Shown here one piece after another: positions 58,069 to 64,000 of a DNA stretch of 64,000 nt. Both the position numbers and the translations under genes were made by a program. Position 1 is the first letter of the stretch. Each line of letters starts with the position of its first letter. This DNA is from Raja brachyura. Its lineage: Eukaryota. The notes below the pieces were generated by a model. That model was not told the DNA's origin. It searched no databases and saw only the letters and a list, made by a program, of their open reading frames with translations. The stretch covers positions 19,530,001 to 19,594,000 of the forward strand of contig OY740818.1 in NCBI GenBank assembly GCA_963514005.1, given 5' to 3'.

Positions 58069-60874
58069 ATAAAGTCCCACACCAGTCCCACACCAATCAG
58101 TCTGAAGAAGAGTACTGATCCGAAACATCACCTATTCATTTTCTCCAGAGATGCTGCCTAACCTGCTGAGTTACTCCAGCATTTTATGTCTATCTTTGGT
58201 ATAAACCATCATCTGCAGTTCCTTTTTTATTAAATCTGGGAATATTTGAGTACAACCTAATGGAAGTGGTAGAGCAAATTAAGAAATGAATATTTTTTTT
58301 AAATGTCTGAAATGGGCTTTATAAAGAGACTTAAAATATAGCAGCAAGAACGTTGTGATGAACCTTTTTGATAAAATACTATTCCTAGCATAATTGGAGC
58401 GCAGCAATCAACTTTGTTGAATATATTACGACCCTAAGAAATGCAAGAGATTTACTATAATGATTCTAGGACTGATGGTCTGAACCAACATGGGTAGACT
58501 GGAAAAGCAAGTTGTTTCTCTTTGGAAAGGAAGAGGTCCAGAGGAGATCTGGATGCAGTTATTTAAAATCATGAAAAGCCTTGAAGGGAGGGAAATTACT
58601 TCCACTGCTGATGGAGCCAAGAGCCAGAGGGCGTAGAATGGTAACTGATTTAAAAAAAAAGATTATATGATGCAGAATTGTTTACACCAAAGATCATAGA
58701 ATGGAGATGATCTCTGGTTTACACAGTGAGTAAGTTTACACAGTGGAATGCAAGCTGGTAGCGAAGACAGATTTAATCATGGCTATCGAATGGGAATTTG
58801 ATAAGTACTTAAAAGGAAAATAAATCAAATATATAGTGAAATAGTAGGAAAATGGGGCTAGCTAGATTATTTGCAATGAGCTGGCACAGACTTCATCGGC
58901 TGCGGGCCTACTCCTGTTGTGTAACTTTGCTGTGATTCTGATTCTGAGTTCCTGCTGTCAGAATCCTAAAACTCCCTACCCAACATCTCTGTGGGAAGAA
59001 CTGCACTGATCCAAGAGAGATATAGCTCTAAGAGGTAACAGAATCAAGGGATATGAGGAGAAAGCTGGCTACTGGTTACTGATTTTGGATAATCAGCTAT
59101 AATCATATTGTATGGCGGTGCTGGCTCAAAGGGTTGAATGGCCTACTCCTACACCTATTTTCTATGTTTTCTATGTTCTATGTCTATGTTATTCAGTAAT
59201 GTGGCTCATCACCATCATTTTGGATTAATTAGGTTTGGGCAGTAATTGGCTGGCCTTGTGAGGTATCTCCTCCTATCATTATAAAGGCAATGCCTGATTA
59301 TAATTTCATGTTAGAGGTGCAGAATTAGGCCAATTGGCCCATCAAATCTACTCTACCATTCAATCATGGCTGATCTATCTTTTCCTCTCAACCCCATTCT
59401 CCTGACTTCTCCCCATGCTTCTGACACCCGTGTTAATCAAGAATCTAAATTTCTGGTTTAAAAATATCCATTGACTTGGCCTCCGGAGCTGTCTGTGGTA
59501 ATGGATTCCACGGATTCACCACCGTCTGACTAAAGAAATTCCCCCTCATCTCCTTTCTAAAAGTACGTTCTTTTATTCTGAGGCTGTGGCCTCTGGTCCA
59601 AGACTCTCTAGACATTATAATGGAAACAAACATGGTGGACTGGTTTGTCAAGTTGGTGGATTTTGTCTGCCATCTATGATTGTTTTACCAAGAAGCTTTG
59701 TGTGACACCACAGGAAGGGGATAAGAAATTATAGTTGATGTATAGTTTGACTCGGAATATCGCAAAGCTGATCACATTCGATAATAATTTACTCGTGTTG
59801 CAACAAGCCAACAGCAAGTTTTAACTTGTGTATTCAAAATTAGAAATATACTCTCTTGATAATTCCTCTAGATTTTCTGTTAAGCTGTTTTGCTGGTTTG
59901 ATGTTTCCTTTTCCCATATTTTCAAGATGAGTATGCCAAGTTACTCAAATCTCTTCTGGTCCTTTTTAGAGTAGTGATCCATTCTCTAGCCAAGCAAAAG
60001 TATTTTCTCATGGCCAGGACTTCACACAATACTTGATGTACAAGAGACCAGTTCGAGTCCTGCCTCCAGGCCTAAACTATACTAATATCTATTTCAACCA
60101 GGTTCAGTTTTATCGAGTTAAAGGAATATTTAAAGGTTTTACTTGGTTGTGTTTAACCATAGGGTAAAGGATGTGCAGACATTGAGGCACAGTCTCTCTT
60201 TCTGGGGACTTCCAGGAAGCTCATAAATACTGTAGAGAATGTTTGCTCCCTGTGTTCAAGGGAATTGGATAGGAAGAACTTAAGGTGAAATTATAAAGGA
60301 TTTGGAACAACGGAAAGGAAAATAACAAGTTTGCTGTTGGGCACTATCTGCTTGAAAACATATACCGATTCGCGGCAGATAGGGTTCAACTCTGCATGTT
60401 AGTGCACCGCAGATCACAGGTTTGTTTTCATTATATTTACTCTTTGCCTTAAGGTGACAAGATAAACACACTGCCTAGCGGCTTCAGTTGCCTGAGGCTA
60501 TATTACGAAGAGTCTACAGTATAGAAATTGATCAACCATCTTCAGCTCATTCCTTTAATGTGATCCTTTAAACCGTTTGCCTTCATGCTCTTGTGACTTC
60601 CTCTTAATTGTATCCATTGAATATAAATTTCAGCCACACTCTGAGATACCATGTGTACCTGTTTCTAACCGTTCTTTAGGCTCCCAAGCTATTTGACTTA
60701 TTGATACTCTGATGGGCTGAAAGGAGTGGGGAGAAATCACAACTCCCAGTATAAGTTATCCTCGTATCTCCAGAGGGCAGGGTGTTTTAAAGCAGTTCAA
60801 AGCATGGCCAGGAAACAGGAGACCACTAGAGAAGGATAATAGATGATTAAATTAAAGCTAGAAGAGATCTTCGT

Positions 60875-61160
60875 GGGTGGCACACCGGTAGAGTTACTGC
60901 TGTACAGCCCCAGAGATACGGGTGTGATCCTGATTATGGGTGATGTACGAAGTTTGCTCATACTCACTGTAACTGCGTGGGTTTTCTCCAGGTGCTCCAA
61001 TATACTCTCACATTCCAAAGACGTACAAGTTTGTCGGTTAATTGGCTTCTGTAAATTCTCCCTAGTGTGTAGGATAGAACTAGTGTACGGATAGGTCAGT
61101 GTGGCCTCGGTGGGCTGAAGCTGAAGGGCTTCTTTCAATGGTGTATCTCTAAATCTAAAA
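60875..61160 (+). mobile_element. V-SINE (HE1-like)
   Basis: Head, core and tail similar to other copies. Confidence 0.75.
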
Positions 61161-61389
61161 CTGGGAGAGAACAAGTGGAAATGGGTCTGATCTGACATCC
61201 AGGCTATTGTATTAACAACAATGTTGACAGTGCATATCTCCCTCTTTAATTCCAAATAAATTAAGATAATTTTTTGGCTTATCTTGATTGCTGAAGTTGA
61301 TCTTGAATGAATTAAATGTTCTCTTCCATTGTGCCAATTTTTTATTTTTGCAAAGAGTTTTCATCCTTCATCTCAGAAAGACCCTTTTA

Positions 61390-62100
61390 GTCAAGTCAAG
61401 TTTGTGCAGTGAAATAAAAAGTGGCCGTGCTCGCGGACTTTGTGCAAAAAACAAACAAACAAACAACCAACAAACTACAAACAGAATCACATGTTCTTTT
61501 TCATATTAAATATTGTGGGCGGTATTGTGGTACAGTAAGTTAGTAGAGTTAGTCCCTGGTGAGATAGGAGTTTACAGTCCGAATGGCCTCTGGGAAGAAA
61601 CTCCTCCTCGTCCTCTCCGTTCTCACAGCATGGCAACGGAGGCGTTTGCCTGACCGTAAGAGCTGGAACAGTCTGTTGCAGGGGTGGAAGGGGTCTCCCA
61701 TTATCTTATTGGCTCTGGAGTTGCACCTTCTGATGTATAGTTCCTGCAGAGGGGCGAGAGAAGTTCCCATAGTGCGTTCGGCTGAACGCACTACTCTCTG
61801 CAGAGCCTTCTTGTCCTGGGCAGATCAATTCCCAAACCAGATTGTAATGTTTCCGGACAAGATACTTTCCACAGCCGCAGGGTAGAAGCACTGGAGGATC
61901 CTCGGAGACACTCTGAATTTCCTCAATTGCCTGAGGTGGTAAAGGCGCTGCCTTGCCTTACTCACGAGTGCTGCAGTGTGCGATGTCCATGTCATTTCCT
62001 CAGAGATGTGGACTCCCAGGTATTTAAAACAGCTCACCCTATCCACAGTATCCCCATTTATCCTCAATGGTGTGTACGTCCTCAGATGATGTGCCCTCCT
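61390..62100 (-). mobile_element. Young Rex1/Babar-type LINE, 5'-truncated
   Basis: INGDTVDRVSCFKYLGVHISEEMTW..KARQRLYHLRQLRKF..ESILSGNITIWFGN*..DPFHPCNRLFQLLRSGKRLR..RRSFFPEAIR; one in-frame stop at ~61825; (CTTGA)n tail. Confidence 0.85.
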
Positions 62101-64000
62101 AACTTTTTATTGTATGGTGCAGCTTTGCTGAAATAAATTGTATAAAAAATGTGCATGTATCGAGCCTTTTGGCAAGGATACTGTTAAAATAAATGATGGA
62201 GGCTGGAATGATTGAAAGTGAGATGAGGTGCCACAAGATTCTGTACCTGCTGTGATGACAGAATGTGTCCTTGTGGAAGGAAGGAACTCGGCTCTTTCAG
62301 GGACCTTGGTCTTGAGCAAACGTCTTTCAACTGGATGAAATTCTTTTGATAGCTGAAAGAATGTGAAACTTTTAACTGTAGTGACTGGTGCTGCAGTTTT
62401 GATTAGGAATGCAATGGGTTTCATTGCATCAGGAGCCCTTGAAATATTAATATATTTCACTAAACCCTGTGTACACATTTCTGAAAGATACTTTTGTAAT
62501 TGCAAAAAATAGTGCTGTGTTCAACAAAGGTCTGATGGCGAAGAGGCAATTTACGTCCTTTTCCTTGTATATCAAGTATATACCCCCTCACCCTAACCTT
62601 CATAGAGTTAATTAATCCCTGTTTGAAAATCTGAATTGTTGCATTGTATAAGGCTGCGTGGCACACAGTTCTGTTGCATTGCTTGTCTTGGGCAAGTGCA
62701 TCAGTTTTTTAAAAAGCAATTTGTAGCTTGTTGGGAAATAGTGTAGATTGGTAGGATACCTCTTCCAGCTGTGAACTGAAAATCATATTTGTGGAATAAC
62801 ATCTCACCTGTTTGGACTGAGAGTTGGTCTTCCTCACCACAGACAATAGAGCAGTCACTGCAACATGTTATTTGGGGAGTGAAATGGGGCCGAGAACATC
62901 TCACAGTCCTGACCTCCCTTGCTCACGTTCAATGGTAATGGCATGTTGTTTTGCCTCTCTGTAGCAGTGTTTTTAAAACCTCACCATATTTTGGTGCTTT
63001 TGACACAAAATCCGGATGTCTGACCTCATTAAACTCTTGGAAACTCTTTGTAGGTTACACTTTTGTAAAACAGTGACAATCTATGTGGGAAAATCTTACA
63101 ATATTCAGTAAAATAACATGAATCAACAAATATAAAGAGAAAAGAACTCAGAATTCTGGAAACATTATTATTGGAGTACATGGTACATCAAGATACAGAC
63201 GGATCTTTGTGGATCTATTGGCACGTCCTTGCTTTGAAAACATTACTTAACATAAACCACATTATCTATGAGCCCAGCAATGTTTAAATGGTGATGGACT
63301 TGTTGATCATCCAAGTTCCACTCTATTTTCCCAATGTTCAGAAGCTGTTTGTGAATTTCTTTGGGGGTTGGGCAGATTAAAACGCACATTAGCCTCAATG
63401 CACATATATGGCCCACTTGAAGTGAGAGCCAAGTTACTCCACACTTTAGGAATTCTCGATCGTGCAATGCTGACTACACTTTAAAATGGCTGAAAACTGC
63501 TCTGCACCACAAAAGGTTAAAGCCCCTATCTAAACATATCTTTTTGAAAGAATGGGTTCCTAAAAGGCTTTGACATGGAAGCTGGTGAGCATTTTGGACT
63601 GGACTGAGACTCTCTTTCATTTAAAAGTGCCATGAATCTTTGGAATTTTGGACCTCGGAGGATTGTGGATTTTGTTACCAAGTACATTCAAGATAGATAT
63701 TGTATGTTAAGGAAATCAATTCATATGAAGATTAGGATAGAATTGAGCAGAAGCCGCTCAGGAACAGTTTCTTCCCCTCTGTTATCAGGTGTAAAGAGTC
63801 CAAACTCACACAGGTTGAAACACAAGCATCTTTATTGTTCAGGTCATTAAGTACTACGCAGGTCACCACACGTTCACACTGCTACTCTATCTGGTAGACA
63901 GTGTGATGTTATAATTAGGCGGGGTTATAATTACTAAGCATTCTAATTGGCCACCATGCTATAGCCAATCTACATCAGGCTTCTGAACGGTCCTTTCATA

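Overview
Vertebrate genomic DNA, very probably from a cartilaginous fish (skate/ray-like, inferred from the repeat content and protein divergence). The main feature is the RET receptor tyrosine kinase gene on the + strand. Coding exons 2-20 (5539-38203) could all be placed with GT-AG boundaries in one continuous frame (3245 nt); exon 1 lies upstream of the window. Both C-terminal isoforms are encoded: RET9 by read-through into intron 19 and RET51 by exon 20. Downstream are a probable ~5 kb 3'UTR, a divergent pair of CTCF motifs, and a CpG-island promoter with a non-coding first exon (probably CSGALNACT2, from synteny only). Introns and intergenic DNA contain tRNA-derived V-SINEs (HE1-like), CR1, Rex1/Babar, L2, RTE and Tx1-like LINE fragments, a Gypsy LTR remnant, three MITEs and a composite hAT element. 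The most striking observations are catalytic-RNA motifs inside mobile elements: (1) a 139-bp retroposon with target-site duplications in intron 6 whose 5' end is a complete 54-nt minimal HDV-like ribozyme fold; (2) many Penelope-type termini carrying minimal hammerhead cores, several as head-to-head palindromic units with target-site duplications. Repeat boundaries are approximate, and comparisons to human RET are from recall and need confirmation by alignment.
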